The notes under the pieces: generated by a model | The model's input: the letters and a program-made list of their open reading frames with translations, nothing else | Databases searched by the model: none | What the model was told of the DNA's origin: nothing | Translations under genes and position numbers: made by a program | Assembly: GCF_039654945.1 (NCBI RefSeq) | Contig: NW_027361861.1 | Location: 2,604,001 to 2,668,000 of the forward strand | DNA: 64,000 nt | Source of the DNA: Dendrobates tinctorius | Taxonomy: Eukaryota | Reading direction: 5' to 3' | Shown here: piece by piece, positions 25,964 to 38,515 of the stretch | How the letters are laid out: every line of letters begins with the position of its first letter | How positions within the stretch are numbered: position 1 is the stretch's first letter

Positions 25964-26573
25964 AGGGAATCTGTAACTCCATTTTCGGCCTATAAGCTGC
26001 AGCCACCGCCATCAGGGGCTTCTCTACAGCATTCTGTAATGCTGCAGATAAGCCCCTGATGTAACCTGAAAGATAAGAAAAACAAGTTAGATTATACTCA
26101 CAGGGTGTGGGGGCGGGAGCGGTGGGTGTCACGGTCCGCCACCTCCCATCTTCTAGAGATGACGTCCTCCTTCTTACTTTTGCTGCGGCTCCTGCGCAGG
26201 CGTACTTTATCTGCCCTGTTAAGGGCAGAGCAAAGTACTGCGGTGCGCAGGCGCCGGGAAAAGTCAGAGAGGTCCGGCGCCTGCGCACTGCAGTACTTTA
26301 CTCTGCCCTCAACAGGGCAGATAAAGTACGCCTGTGCAGGAGCCGTGGCAGAAGTAAGAATTAGGACATCATCTCTAGAAGATGGGAGGCGCCGGACCAG
26401 ACCGCGACACCCATGGGACCAGACCGGATTCCCCGGTGAGTATAATCTAACTTGTTTTTCTTATCTTTCAGGTTACATCGGGGGCTTATCTACAGCATTA
26501 CAGAATGCTGTAGATAAGCCACTGATAGCGGTGGCCACAGCTCATAGGCCGAAAATGGGGTGACAGATTCCCT
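25964..26573. mobile_element. Young T2/Kolobok-like palindromic MITE
   Basis: TTAA TSD on both sides; AGGGAATCTGT / ACAGATTCCCT ends; palindromic along almost its whole length. Confidence 0.9.
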
Positions 26574-27202
26574 TTAAACTTTATAAGATTCCTTTTCTAA
26601 CCATTACCCAACCAGCTTCAGTTAATTCCAGCCTAGTCTGCAAAAATGAAGAATGGATTGTAAAAAGATGCTCAGAACATTTGTTGAATGTAAAATAATG
26701 AATCACACAATCGTTTAAGAGGATGCAGTATTAAAATAGCTTTTAGGGCTTATGAACTTCATTGTTGGGTCTACCACAAATAGATCTACTATCTGAACAA
26801 CAGAAGAGAGCTGCAACGGATAAGTAGCTCTTGCTCCGACAGACCTGGAATATCCATGTATTACATCGACAGCTATTCAAGTATGTGGCCACTATGTTAT
26901 ATTACATGTTTAATACAACTGCTGCAGGGAAAATGCAGTCTTACATGGCTGGTCACTAATTTTCACCATGTCTTTATAACACCGCTGGCTGTTCCCTTTA
27001 AATTGCCATTCCTTATGGCGATCGCTTCCAGATCTGCAGACTGCGTTATGGAAGCCTCTGGACAGTTCCACTTATATAGCAATGTGTCAATGTGGGAGGA
27101 GAACCGATCCTAAATCTCTCCCCTGTAAATATAGAGTAATATATGCCAATACTTTATTGCAAGCATTTTACAAGAATGTAAACATTAATCTGCGGAAGCT
27201 AA

Positions 27203-27607
27203 AGGCCCTTTTACATTTAGCGATGCACCAGCGATCCGACCAGCGATCCCACCCGGTCAGGATCGCTGGTGCATCGCTAAATGATCGCTAGTGAGCTTTC
27301 ATACAGAAAGATCTCACAGCGATGCAGCAGCGACGCAGCGCACGATACTTACCATTCACACACAGAGATCCTGCGTCCTCCCGCCCGCGTCCAGCGTCGC
27401 TCGTCGTCACAGCAGGAAGTCTCAGCAGGAAGCGCCCGACGAGAAATGGAGCCGGACATTCTCGCGCGATCAGCGATGGACAGCGGGGGAGCCGGTCGCT
27501 GGTAAGTATCACACATAGCGATATCGCTAGCAATATCGCTATAACGTCACAAAACCAGTGACGTTTTAGCGATATTGCTAGCGATATCGCTTAGTGTAAA
27601 ACCCCCT
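27203..27607. mobile_element. CpG-rich PIF/Harbinger MITE
   Basis: TAA TSD; TIRs aggcccttttaca / tgtaaaaccccct; repeated AGCGAT motifs. A terminal fragment of a similar element lies at ~6700-6750. Confidence 0.8.
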
Positions 27608-28021
27608 TAAATAATAGCAGTGCCCAATGCTGATAAGGACTCCAACCTCCCTACTTCTGCTGTGAGAGTCCTGACTCACCTGTTACCACCTGCTCCCTTA
27701 TGCTGAACAATGCAGCATAGGAGCAAACAATAAGAAAACTATCAGTGTCGCTGATAACATCTCTGCTGGAGAGGTGCACAGAAAACAATTACAACTGTCT
27801 TTTTAAAGTGACTTTCCACAAATAGTCAAAAGCCTTTTGAAAGATGACAAAATCAACAGCTAATTACAGTATACTACAGCTGGCCAGAAAACCAATCCTT
27901 GTCATCTAGTGCGAAAGGGGGCAGACTTATAGTCAATGATCAAGCATGTTATATATTAATATGCTCAATTCTTTGCTCTCAAGGGAGATGTGCTGGTAAA
28001 GTAGTCTGACATCAGCCGATA

Positions 28022-29619
28022 CAGTGCCATAAAAAATTATTCATACCCTTTGAACTTTTCCACATTTTTTTCACATTACACCCACAAACTTAAATGTATT
28101 TTATTGGGCTTTTATGTAATTCATCAACATAAAGTTCCAAGTATTTGTGAAGTGTAAAGAAAATGATACATGGTTTGCTAAATATTTATAAAAATATGAA
28201 TCTAAAAATTGTGACGTGCATTTGTATTCAGCCCCCCCCAAGTCATTACTTTGTAAGACGATCTTTCACTGCAGTTGTGGGAGAGAGGGTCCCCGTCGAG
28301 TGTCCGGGTCGGTGGTTGGTGCACTAGGGATGGAGATTGTCAGGGACAGAAGGGTAATAGCTGGGAAAGATAGACAAGAGGATGCAGTACCTAGAAATAA
28401 CCACAAGATGGCAGGGGGGAGTAGTTCAGGACTCAATAGCAACTTAGAGATAGGAACCCAGAAGGGGAATTCCCGTGACAATGAGTCAGCAGACAGACAG
28501 GTAGGCAGCTGGAGACGGTGGGAGCGACTGTCAGCAAGTGTAGATTACCAGGGTGAGACGAGATGCTTACCGAGGACTTCAGGGGGACGGCACCAAGACA
28601 AGCAGCCAAGATCTGCCTCCACTCTCCAGCCCGTGGCCGCTGCCACCTCCACACTTCAGCCAGCGGCTGCAGCCTATACGTGGTCACCCGCGGCCACTGC
28701 CTCCACGCTCCAGCCCGTGAACGCTGCCGCCTCCCCACTTCAGCCAGTGGCTGCAGCCTACCCGCGGTCACCCGCGGCCGCTGCCTCCACGCTCCAGCCC
28801 GCCGCAGCCACCCCGCTCCCACCAGTGGCTGCAGCTGGTACAGTGCTGTTGGCGGCCACTGCCCCGCCCCGGTCCACACCAGGGGTCGGTCCTCTGCTGG
28901 TCTCGAACTCCCCGTCGCAGCCGTTAGGTGGCCTGCCATTTGCCACCCCTCACCGCCGCCGCTTGCCCCAGTCCGGGGACTGCGGCCTATCCAGCCAAGG
29001 ACTCCGCCGAGACCCACGGGGCCCCCGTGTCATCAACGCGCCGGAACGCACGAAGCTTTCGTCAACGCCTCAACAACTGGGCCCAGCAACTCTTCCGTCG
29101 AAAGGTCAGCAGAACGGCGAGGGACGTCGGGACAGCTAAGTAGACTTTAGACTTAAGGACCCGTAGTCGGCCACACCACAGCCCTATAGTGACCGGCCGT
29201 TGCCGGGAGTAGTCGTGTTCTACATTACCGTGTTTGCTTGTTTAGAGCCCCTGCGTGGGCAACCTGTGTTACCCCTGTTTTGGTGATCAGGCCGTGACTG
29301 AGGGAAGTCCCCTCAAGTCCCATAAACGAATCTTTAAAAAGTACCGTAGTTGTCTCGTGACTCGACGCTGCATCCTCCATATCTGATAGTACCACACAGT
29401 TAGTGCTGTAAGTCTCTTGGGGTCTGTATCCACCAGCTTTGCACATCTAGAGGCTGATATTCTTGGACATTCTTTTATGCACACTCACCCTAGCTCAGTG
29501 AGGTTGGATGGAGGGGTAAGTACACAGTAATTTTTAAGTCTTGCCACAGATTCTAAATGGGATTCAGGTCTGGACTGTGACTGGACTAATCACACACATG
29601 AATATGCTTTGAGCTAAAC
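28022..29619 (-). mobile_element. Tc1-like element fragment interrupted by a solo LTR
   Basis: TA|CAGTGCCAT start; transposase C-terminal remnants on the minus strand (29400-29619). Confidence 0.65.
28276..29396 (+). mobile_element. GC-rich solo LTR with internal ~60-bp tandem repeats
   Basis: TGTGG...CCACA ends; 4-bp TSD CAGT (28272-28275, 29397-29400). Confidence 0.75.
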
Positions 29620-29947
29620 CAGGGGTCTCAAACTCGGCTGGGTATATTTGAATTTGGGGGGACCGCATTCTGTGAAGGACAAAGTGTCATTTTTAGTTAT
29701 ACATTTTTTTTCTATACAACTTTTGAACATTTTTGCAGTGTTTTTTTTTATTTTTTAGAGCTTGGGTCATCATTATGGATGTGGTGATAATAAATGTACA
29801 CTCATATTGTAGTTATGTCCCCATATTGTAGTTATGTCCCCATCCAGGTCCCCCAAATTTGGAGATACATCCCCATCCAGGTTCCCATATTGTACTTATA
29901 TCCCCATCCAGTTTCTCATATTGTAGTCATGTCTCCATATCCATGTC

Positions 29948-30458
29948 ACAATAACTCACACCACAAGATATGGCCTTACCAAAATCCTGTCTGATGACAA
30001 ATGCACATATAGCAGAATGCAGCGGGCCTCCACTAATAAAGGCAAGGGGCAGCTCAGGTGCAAACTACTGATAAAAACAACCACCCCACACCTAAAAAAC
30101 CATGGAGGGGTTGGCTGCCTAGTAGGAAAAATGCACATAGATAGGGCTTGCATAGGACGTCAGTCACACATGTAAGTGTGATGCAAAGTGTCTGGCTTGC
30201 AACCTATTAATGACGCCCATAGTATTATCAGGCGGGCTGCTACAGCACTATAATATGCAACACACAGTGACAGACGCCCCGATAGGCCAAGCCAACAGAA
30301 AGAGGCCCGGCTGCATCCTGCAAAAAATGACATGATAAGTGCAAAAAATTAATACATACAATGAGTACATTGGTTTGTTAGGTGTGGGGTGGTTGTTTTT
30401 ATCAGTAGTTTGCACCTGAGCTGCCCCTTGCCTTTATTAGTGGAGGCCCGCTGCATCA
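29948..30458. mobile_element. Fold-back insertion, probably PLE-derived
   Basis: Arms ~30017-30095 / 30377-30456; 11-bp TSD ATATCCATGTC (29937-29947, 30459-30469). Confidence 0.6.
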
Positions 30459-30484
30459 ATATCCATGTCCCCATATTGTAGTTA

Positions 30485-30882
30485 CAGGGGGGGAAATTAT
30501 TATTTGATCTCTTGCTGATTTTGTAAGTTTGCCCACTGACAAAGACATGAACAGTCTATAATTTTAACGGTAGGTTAATTTTAACATTGAGAGATAGAAT
30601 ATCAACAATAAAATCCAGAAAATCACATTGTATAAACTATATAAATTTATTTGCATTTTGCAGTGAGAAATAAGTATTTGATCCCCTACCAACCATTAAG
30701 AATTCTGGCTCTTACAGACTAGTTAGATGCTCCTAAACACCTCGTTACCTGCATTAAAGACAGCTGTCTTACATAGTCACCTTTATAAAAGACTCCTGTC
30801 CACAGACTCAATTAATCAGTCAGACTTTAACCTCTACAACATGGGCAAGACCAAAGAGAATTATAAGGATGTCAGGGACAAC
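30485..30882 (+). mobile_element. Tc1-like 5' end with transposase start
   Basis: TA|CAGGGGGGGAAA terminus; ATG GGC AAG ACC AAA GAG (MGKTKE) at 30841. Confidence 0.7.
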
Positions 30883-31275
30883 ATGCACTAGTTTCTTCCA
30901 TAAATCGGATGAGACTCATCCATTTAAGTCTATGGGTGCTTAAAAAAAATTGAATGCTGTACAATGTCACCATATAGCATCTGATTTTTACATTGCAATA
31001 CAGTAACATACAAAACTGTAAATGATTAATAGCTGTGAGTGATAAAAAAAAAAATCATTTGAGTTTTCACGATGAAACTCTGAGTGAATTTTTATATGCC
31101 TGTTCAAACCTACACTAATGGGCACATGATGGACTCTTGTTGCGGTGTTTCATATTATGGTTTTGCATGGTATTGCAAAATTGCATGGTTTTGCTGATAT
31201 TTTCCAAAATCGCAGCAAGAACATAGTGGTTCTAAATCTGGAAAAACCTATTGCAATCACAACTTGTGAACACAA

Positions 31276-32861
31276 AGGGGTGGTCTGAAACTAATACTGA
31301 TTTAATTCTAAATCACTATTTAATATAATAATCTAATCTTTTTTCTAATATAAATTAATTAAAAAGACACAATCTCTATCTGTACTCACTGTAACTGCTT
31401 TATTTTGTTTGTTTTTACCAATTTCTGGTTTATTGACTCTAAGAATCCTCAGTGCAATCTGGGATATGAAAAAAGATAATGTCATAGGGGGCAGAGGCTG
31501 CGATCACTGCCGCAGCCTGTGTCCCCATCCTGACTCGAAGATCGTTTCAGGGGCTGGTATAGTCCCTGCTCTACTGAGCATTTGTCATTTCCCAATTCTG
31601 ATGCATACTCAGTAGGATCTTGTCACTATGCAATATTATTTTTAATGCACAGTGACTCGGCGGATCTATTGAGAAGTGTTGAGCCAACAAAAAGCAAACT
31701 GTCAGTGTGCATTGGAAGGAGAAAACACGGTGAACAGGAACCAGCCCTCTGCCCCCAAAAGTGATGTTTGTTTCAGGGGCGGAGATGGTCTCTGCATTTC
31801 CTGCTTCTGGGTAATTTATTTATAATGAACACTAACAGTGCGCTCTCTTACTGACTCATCACTTCTCAGAGCCAGCGAGGGAGTGCATTGTCATTGTGCA
31901 GTAAAAAGAATACTAAGCATATGTCAGAATTGACAACTGATACATGCTCAATCGAACAGGGACTAGCCTAGTGTCATGAGTCATTAAGGGATTCGTGGCA
32001 GCTTTGGGTCTGTTGGAATTTAAATGTAGCTCTTTGTCCAGCAAGAGTTAATGTCAGTGTCTTGCTGGCAGATTCTTTTAGGCTGGTAAGCTGATACTTG
32101 TTGGTAACCACTCCCATCTCTCTTTAAATAGTCACTTGATCCATCAGTTGATAGTCGGTGATAGAGTTTCTTCTATGCAGACCAGCTAGGTGTGTGGAGT
32201 TCTCCTGTGACTGTGGTATTGCCGCTGTTGGAGTCCTGTTTACCTGGTGCCGCTTAGTCTGCTGCTGTGGAGCGTAGCAGCAAATTTTGAGCTGAGTTGT
32301 ATCCTTTCTGTCGGTCCCTTGTTTGTTTCTTTCCCCCAGTGTAATGTTACTTCCAGTGGCAAGGCTAGCATCCTTGTCAGCCAGTGCACTAGCCAGGATT
32401 AACAGAGATGACAATCAGGGACTAGGCACATGGCGGCGGCGGGGAAGGACCCGCATAGTGCGTTAGGGGCAGCTTAGCGACAGACACAGTTTGGTGTTAT
32501 GAGTTGTCCCATCCCTTGCTCCCTTCCTCTCCTCTTGTTATCCCGTTGTACCTATATGTTGTGCCGTGCACCAGACATACCCTTGTTCGGACGTGACACA
32601 CAGCCCCTGAAACTGACGTCACTAACAACGCTTTGTTTCAGGGTGGGGACAGTGGCTGCGGCAGTGACAGCAACCTCTGTCCCCTGATGATGTCTCATTT
32701 GTCACCAAGCAGAAAGTTGGTAAAAAATAAAGCAATTCGATAAGAGTAGAGAGGGAACAATAGAGAATTTTTAATTACAGTATATTAGACAAGTAATTAG
32801 ATTATTACATTAAACTGATAGAGATAAAGGATTAAAGCAGTGTTCGTTTCGGACCACCTCT
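31276..32861. mobile_element. T2/Kolobok-like palindromic MITE interrupted by an LTR
   Basis: aggggtggtctgaaac / gtttcggaccacctct|TTAA ends. Confidence 0.6.
31972..32598 (+). mobile_element. Solo LTR
   Basis: TGTCA...TGACA ends; TATA-like tttaaata at ~32123; TSD degenerate. Confidence 0.6.
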
Positions 32862-33620
32862 TTAAAAGCATAGACTTGATCATATAAAAAGGTTGAATCA
32901 CTTCCATCGTCTCCAATGTGTGCAACATTTTTTGCACTGATGTAATGATTACCTCTAATTCAAAACCTCAATGAAAATTGATTCCAACCTTATTAATTCT
33001 AAATCAAAAAAATTAATCTTGTATGTTATACTTCGTCCTAAACGTTCCCAGTTCAATGCATCTTGTATTGAGAAATTCAGCCACTTTGATTTTGGTGTTT
33101 TAACTGAGATATTTTACATTAATTAAAATTGTACTATACTATCAAGACTTTTACCTAATAAGATACTATTTTTATGCTATTAATAATTCATGGTCAAGTC
33201 AGAGAGGACCCTAAATTAAATCGGAGTAAATATTGGATTGTAGCATTTTGTTATCTTTTGGAGTTCTCAATATAACAAGCAGGGTAAATTTGACAATAGA
33301 GAGTGTTTTAACCCCCATGCCAACACAAGTCTTAATAATATTTGATTTCAGAAATCTTATGGGAAAGGTTCTCCTAATTACCATGTCCCCAATATATGCA
33401 ATAACTCTAAATTAAAATGAATACTATAGGAAACATTGAATTATCCTTTATTTTTATTTACTGGACAGTGACTGGGCTTATTCTTGGTCAGGACGGGGAT
33501 CAGGAAAACAGATGAAGGAGATCCCAGTCGGACCACAACCAATCACATTCTCACAACATGAGATAAAAATGTTTAAGTGGATTATTTACAGAATTAAGTC
33601 AAATAAAAGCTCATTATTAC

Positions 33621-33720
33621 CTGTAACCACACTTGGGATTTTAGACAGGAAGCTTTTGACTGTTCTTATAGGGACTCCACCAGATTTATCATCCTGCATC
33701 CTGGTGATGATATCTTCAAT
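33621..33720 (-). CDS. RGS6: Regulator of G-protein signaling 6, internal coding exon (start of DEP domain)
   Basis: ttttctctcttccAG acceptor and GTAAT donor; 100 nt encoding [33 protein letters not shown](G), matching RGS6 as I recall it rather than RGS7 ([33 protein letters not shown]). Confidence 0.93.
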
Positions 33721-33993
33721 CTGGAAGAGAGAAAACACATATTTTGTCATTATGGCCTATTAAAAAAAGGATGTCATTCTTTTGGATTTACTATAATTCA
33801 GTCATTTTTTGGACTGTTTATTCATCAGAGGTCTTGGACTTTACTAATTGCTGCAATTTACCAATCACATCCTATTAAAATGTTTCAACATGAGACACGT
33901 GTACAGAAAAGGAATCACCAAGGAATACTCTGCTGTAAATGGTTATTGTGGAGGCGGCTTAAAAAATCTTTTGGCCAAAATAATAGATGCTGG

Positions 33994-35150
33994 CTGTATT
34001 TTTCGGACTATAAGACAAAAGGGATTATAAGACGCACCCAGGTTTTAGAGGTGGAAAATAGGGAAAAAAAATATTTGAAGCAAAAAATGTGGTAAAATAT
34101 TTAATAACTTAAATAACGTACTATTATATGCGGTGTTATTATATAAAATAGTATGCTATTATGTTGGAAGCTACGGGTAGAAGATGGTGCTGCGGGACCA
34201 GTGTGGTGTCTGTAAAGTACTATATGAAGATTCTGCAGGGCGAGTATAAGAATGGGGGCACAGGGCTTATATTTAAAGCACCACTCCAGCACTGAAAATA
34301 ACACTGGATTGCTGCTTTAAGATCCCATGGGAGAACTATAACTTCCAGCATGTCCTGCAGATCCTATGGCATGCTGGGAGTTATAGTTCACCACAGGAGT
34401 GACAGAGTGCATTTTTATGTGCTGTAATTACTAAACTTTTAATTAATTCTTACTTGTACAAGCTGTGCTCACATCAGTGCAGGTCCTGAAGCCAGCCAGC
34501 CACGCTAGAAAACCGAAAGTATCTCTCCCTACAGCTTACAGGACCTGTGGTGAGGTAATGAAGGGCTGGAGCATCACAAGACCGCACAGAGCTCTCTCTT
34601 TTATTACCTCACCACAGGTCCTGTAAGAGGAAGCAACATTGTTTCTAGTGCAGTGTCTGCTGGACCTATGGTGACATAATGAAGAGGGAGAGCTCTGTGC
34701 TGCCATGTCATGCTTCAACCCGCCCTCTTCATTACCTCACCACAGGTCCTATAATGACGGGAGCACTCAGCATCAGCACAGCCCACGCTGTGCTGTCAGG
34801 TATGAGACTGCAGCAATCTCTCCTGTGGCACCCTGCTCCTGCCTCCTTCTCCACCGGACACACGATCTCCCCAGCCGTTGCAGGAATCCGGCGCTGGGGA
34901 AAGCTTGTTGGTCCATTGTTTAAGTGAAGGAATATTTATTTGCTGCTCCCCTGTTTGGCGCTGACAGGTGGGCAGGGAAGCAGCTAATGAATATTCCTTA
35001 ACTTTAAGCATCGGGACCATGTGGTTTCCCCAGAAACAATTTCCTGCCTCCTGCGAGTGCTATCCCACTCCGCCGCTGCCCCCTCCTCACATGTAACATT
35101 CGGACCATTAGTCGCATCACCCCACACTTTCCTCTCAAATTTGGAGGTGT
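33994..35150. mobile_element. Non-autonomous DNA transposon (gtatttttcggactataagacg terminus)
   Basis: The same terminus recurs inverted at ~38535-38631; internal inverted repeats. Confidence 0.5.
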
Positions 35151-35348
35151 AGAAGTGGAGTTTTTCCAAGAAAGGGCGGTGGGACTGTGCAAGGGTCAAG
35201 AGGCAGAGCTGGAGTGGAGACTGCACAGACTCTCAAGCGGGCGCAAAAATTTTGCCATTATTGGGCCCTGAAATTCCAAGTGGAAGCCCTGGGTCTAGGT
35301 ATGCAAAAGGAAGTAGACTATTAATTGTTAACTCTGATATCAGAACTC

Positions 35349-35886
35349 ATGGGTCAAAAATTAAGAGACCACTTTCAAATTTTCAGTTTGTCTGATTTTT
35401 CTCTTTATAGGTATATTTTTGAGTAAAATGTAAATTGCTCTTTTGTTCTATAAACTTCTGTCAACATGTCTCCGAATTTCCAAGCAATAAATGTTGTATT
35501 TTTTTTCTGACAAAGAAAAATGGTCAAAATAAAAAAACAAAACAAAACAGTGCTTTCAGACCTCAAATGATGCAAAGAAATCAAGGTCATAATCATTTAG
35601 AAACAACAATACTAGTGGTTTAACTCAGGAAGAGTTCAGAAATCAATATTTTGTGAAATAACCATGATTTTTAAAAACAGCTTTCATGCGTCTTGGCATG
35701 CTTGCCACCAGTCTTTGATTCCGCTTCTGGCGCAAACATTTAAGCAGTTCTTCTTTGTGTGATGGCTTGTGACTATCCATCATCCTATTGATTACATTCC
35801 AGAGGTTTTCAATGGGGTTCAGGTGTGGAGAATGGCCTGCCCATGACAGGGTTTTGATGTGGTGGTCTCTTAATTTTTTCCAGTGC

Positions 35887-35888
<2 letters not shown>
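35349..35888 (-). mobile_element. Internally deleted Tc1-like element
   Basis: TIR core aaaaattaagagaccac / gtggtctcttaatttttt; retains [11 protein letters not shown]...SMPRRMKAVFKNHGYFTKY. Confidence 0.8.
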
Positions 35889-35926
<38 letters not shown>

Positions 35927-35929
<3 letters not shown>

Positions 35930-37147
35930 TCACTGGCCACTTTATTAGGTACACCATGCTAGTAACGGGTTGGACCCCCTTTTGCCTTCAGAACTGCCTC
36001 AATTCTTCGTGGCAGAGATTCAACAAGGTGCTGGAAGCATTCCTCAGAGATTTTGGACCATATTGACATGATGGCATCACACAGTTGGCGCAGATTTGTC
36101 GGCTGCACATCCCTGATGCGAATCTCCCGTTCCACCACATCCCAAAGATGCTCTATTGGATTGAGATCTGGTGACTGAGGAGGCCATTTGAGTACAGTGA
36201 ACTCATTGTCATGTTCAAGAAACCAATCTGAGATGATTCGAGCTTTATGACATGGCGCATTATCCTGCTGAAAGTAGCCATCAGATGTTGGGTACATTGT
36301 GGTCATAAAGGGATGGACATGGTCAGCAACAATACTCAGGTAGGCTGTGGCGTTGCAACGATGCTCAATTGGTACCAAGGGGCCCAAAGAGTGCCAAGAA
36401 AAAATTCCCCACACCATGACACCACCACCACCAGCCTGAACCGTTGATACAAGGCAGGATGGATCCATGCTTTCATGTTGTTTACGCCAAATTCTGACCC
36501 TACCATCCGAATGTCGCAGCAGAAATCGAGACTCATCAGACCAGGCAAAGTTTTTCCAATCTTCTACTGTCCAATTTTGATGAGCTTGTGCAAATTGTAG
36601 CCTCAGTTTCCTGTTCTTAGCTGAGAGGAGTGGTACCCAGTGTGGTCTTCTGCTGCTGTAGCCCATCTGCCTCAAAGTTCGACGCACTGTGCGTTCAGAG
36701 ATGCTCTTCTGCCTACCTTGGTTGTAACGGGTGGCAATTTGAGTCACTGTTGCCTTTCTATCAGCTCGAACCAGTCTGCCCATTCTCCTCTGACCTCTGG
36801 CATCAACAAGGCATTTCCGGCCACAGAACTGCCGCTCACTGGATTTTTTTTCTTTTTCGGACCATTCTCTGTAAACCCTAGAGATGGTTGTGCGTGAAAA
36901 TCCCAGTAGATCAGCAGTTTCTGAAATACTCAGACCAGCCCTTCTTGCACCAACAATCATGCCACGTTCAAAGGCACTCAAATCACCTTTCTTCCCCATA
37001 CTGATGCTCGGTTTGAACTGCAGGAGATTGTCTTGACCATGTCTACATGCCTAAATGCACTGAGTTGCCGCCATGTGATTGGCTGATTAGAAATTAAGTC
37101 TTAACACACAGTTGGACAGGTGTACCTAATAAAGTGGCCAGTGAGTG
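35927..37147 (-). mobile_element. Full-length DD36E (Incomer-type) Tc1-like transposon
   Basis: Perfect 29-bp TIRs CACTCACTGGCCACTTTATTAGGTACACC; TA TSD; 1221 bp; inserted at the end of a (TA)n tract. Confidence 0.92.
35959..36999 (-). CDS. Intact Tc1-family DD36E transposase (346 aa)
   Basis: N-terminal HTH region; [27 protein letters not shown]; 36 residues between the second D and E. Confidence 0.93.
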   Translation of the reverse strand: MGKKGDLSAFERGMIVGARRAGLSISETADLLGFSRTTISRVYREWSEKEKKSSERQFCGRKCLVDARGQRRMGRLVRADRKATVTQIATRYNQGRQKSISERTVRRTLRQMGYSSRRPHWVPLLSAKNRKLRLQFAQAHQNWTVEDWKNFAWSDESRFLLRHSDGRVRIWRKQHESMDPSCLVSTVQAGGGGVMVWGIFSWHSLGPLVPIEHRCNATAYLSIVADHVHPFMTTMYPTSDGYFQQDNAPCHKARIISDWFLEHDNEFTVLKWPPQSPDLNPIEHLWDVVEREIRIRDVQPTNLRQLCDAIMSIWSKISEECFQHLVESLPRRIEAVLKAKGGPTRY

Positions 37148-38099
37148 TATATACCAACACTGTTTTAGAACCATGTATGATTAGTATACTTCAGTGATAT
37201 GTACACACTATTTTGTTTCCAGGTATAGCCACCTATGGTTTCATCTGTGGTGTTTTACTTTTATATGTGATTATTTGAATAAAGCTTGTTTGTCTTCCTA
37301 ACTTTGGTTTCTACGGTATTTTGTTGGTGTCTATCTCCCCTTGAAATTAACTATATAAGTGTAGCTATATTGATTGCAAAGGGTAAAATCGGGGTGTGGA
37401 AATCCACAACATAAATGGACATGCTGTGCATTTAAATCCACACAGCAATTTCTGCTGCAGATTTCCTCTGATGTTTATGGATGAGATTGTAAAGGGCAGC
37501 AGATTAAAATTTGGCATATCAACATCATACCTGGATCAGACCTTTTAAAAGGGACTTTTAACCAAATTTTTTATATTGAGTTGGACACCCGATTTAAAAT
37601 TGGCTGCAGAGAGGAATAACTTTTTTTTACTTCGCCTCTCTGAGATATTAGCAAAGTATTTGGCACCTAATGAGTTAACTTTAGTCAAATCCAAGTGGGT
37701 GTGATCACTGGGGGCATGCATTTCTTCTCCCAGTATCAGTTGTTATCTAATAACACCTATTTGGATGTCATTGTATGTCAATACTTTGACTGCTATTGGG
37801 CTTGGAGAGAGGTGAATATGCATTTCTCTTAAGTATCGGCACATGTGACCGCCGGTAGCTGCAGGAAGGCTCTGGCTGACACTGTGCATGGTACTGAAGA
37901 GCAATGAATACTAACTGCTCTGCACGTAAACAGTCCAGACATGCAGAGCACTGAGTATTTCAGCAGCTGCCCTTCGGCTTGCAAGCAGAACATGATGTCC
38001 CAATCTTTACAAGCATAAAGCAGTTACTGCAATGGAGCAGGATGCTGCGAGGGAGCGCCGGGAAGGTAAGTGTAATTTTTTTTAAAATCTTTTCTGATG

Positions 38100-38515
38100 G
38101 GGCCGTGCATACCAGGACTGGAATGGGGGACAACCATACCAGGTTAAGGATGGAGCCCTGCATACCAGGATAGGGATGGGGCCATGCATACTAGGACAAG
38201 ATGGGGACCCTGCATACCAGGACAGGGATGAGGGCGATCATTCCTGCCAGGATAAGGATGAGGGGGCCCAAGTCTACCAGACTAGAGATAAGGGGGTCAT
38301 ACATACCAGGCTAAGGATGAGGAGGCATGCATACCAGGATGGGGATGAGGGCCAAGCATACCAGGATAAGGATAAGGGGGCCATGTTCACCAGTCTGGAG
38401 GTGGGGGAGCCATGCATACCAGGATAGGGATGAGGGGGCCAAGCATACCAGGATAGGGATGAGGGGGCCATGTGTACCAGGATAGGGATGACAGGACCAC
38501 ATTTACCAGGAAAGG
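38100..38515 (+). repeat. ~29-bp minisatellite (ccaggatagggatgagggggccatgcata)
   Basis: Tandem units visible. Confidence 0.85.

Noticed and set aside
30140-30210. Twister-like GGTTGCAAGCC on the minus strand
   Set aside because: Could not assemble P1/P2/P4 and pseudoknot pairings.
1-33620. Next RGS6 exon (TDIVQWL...)
   Set aside because: Not found by eye; probably beyond the window, though a missed small exon cannot be excluded.
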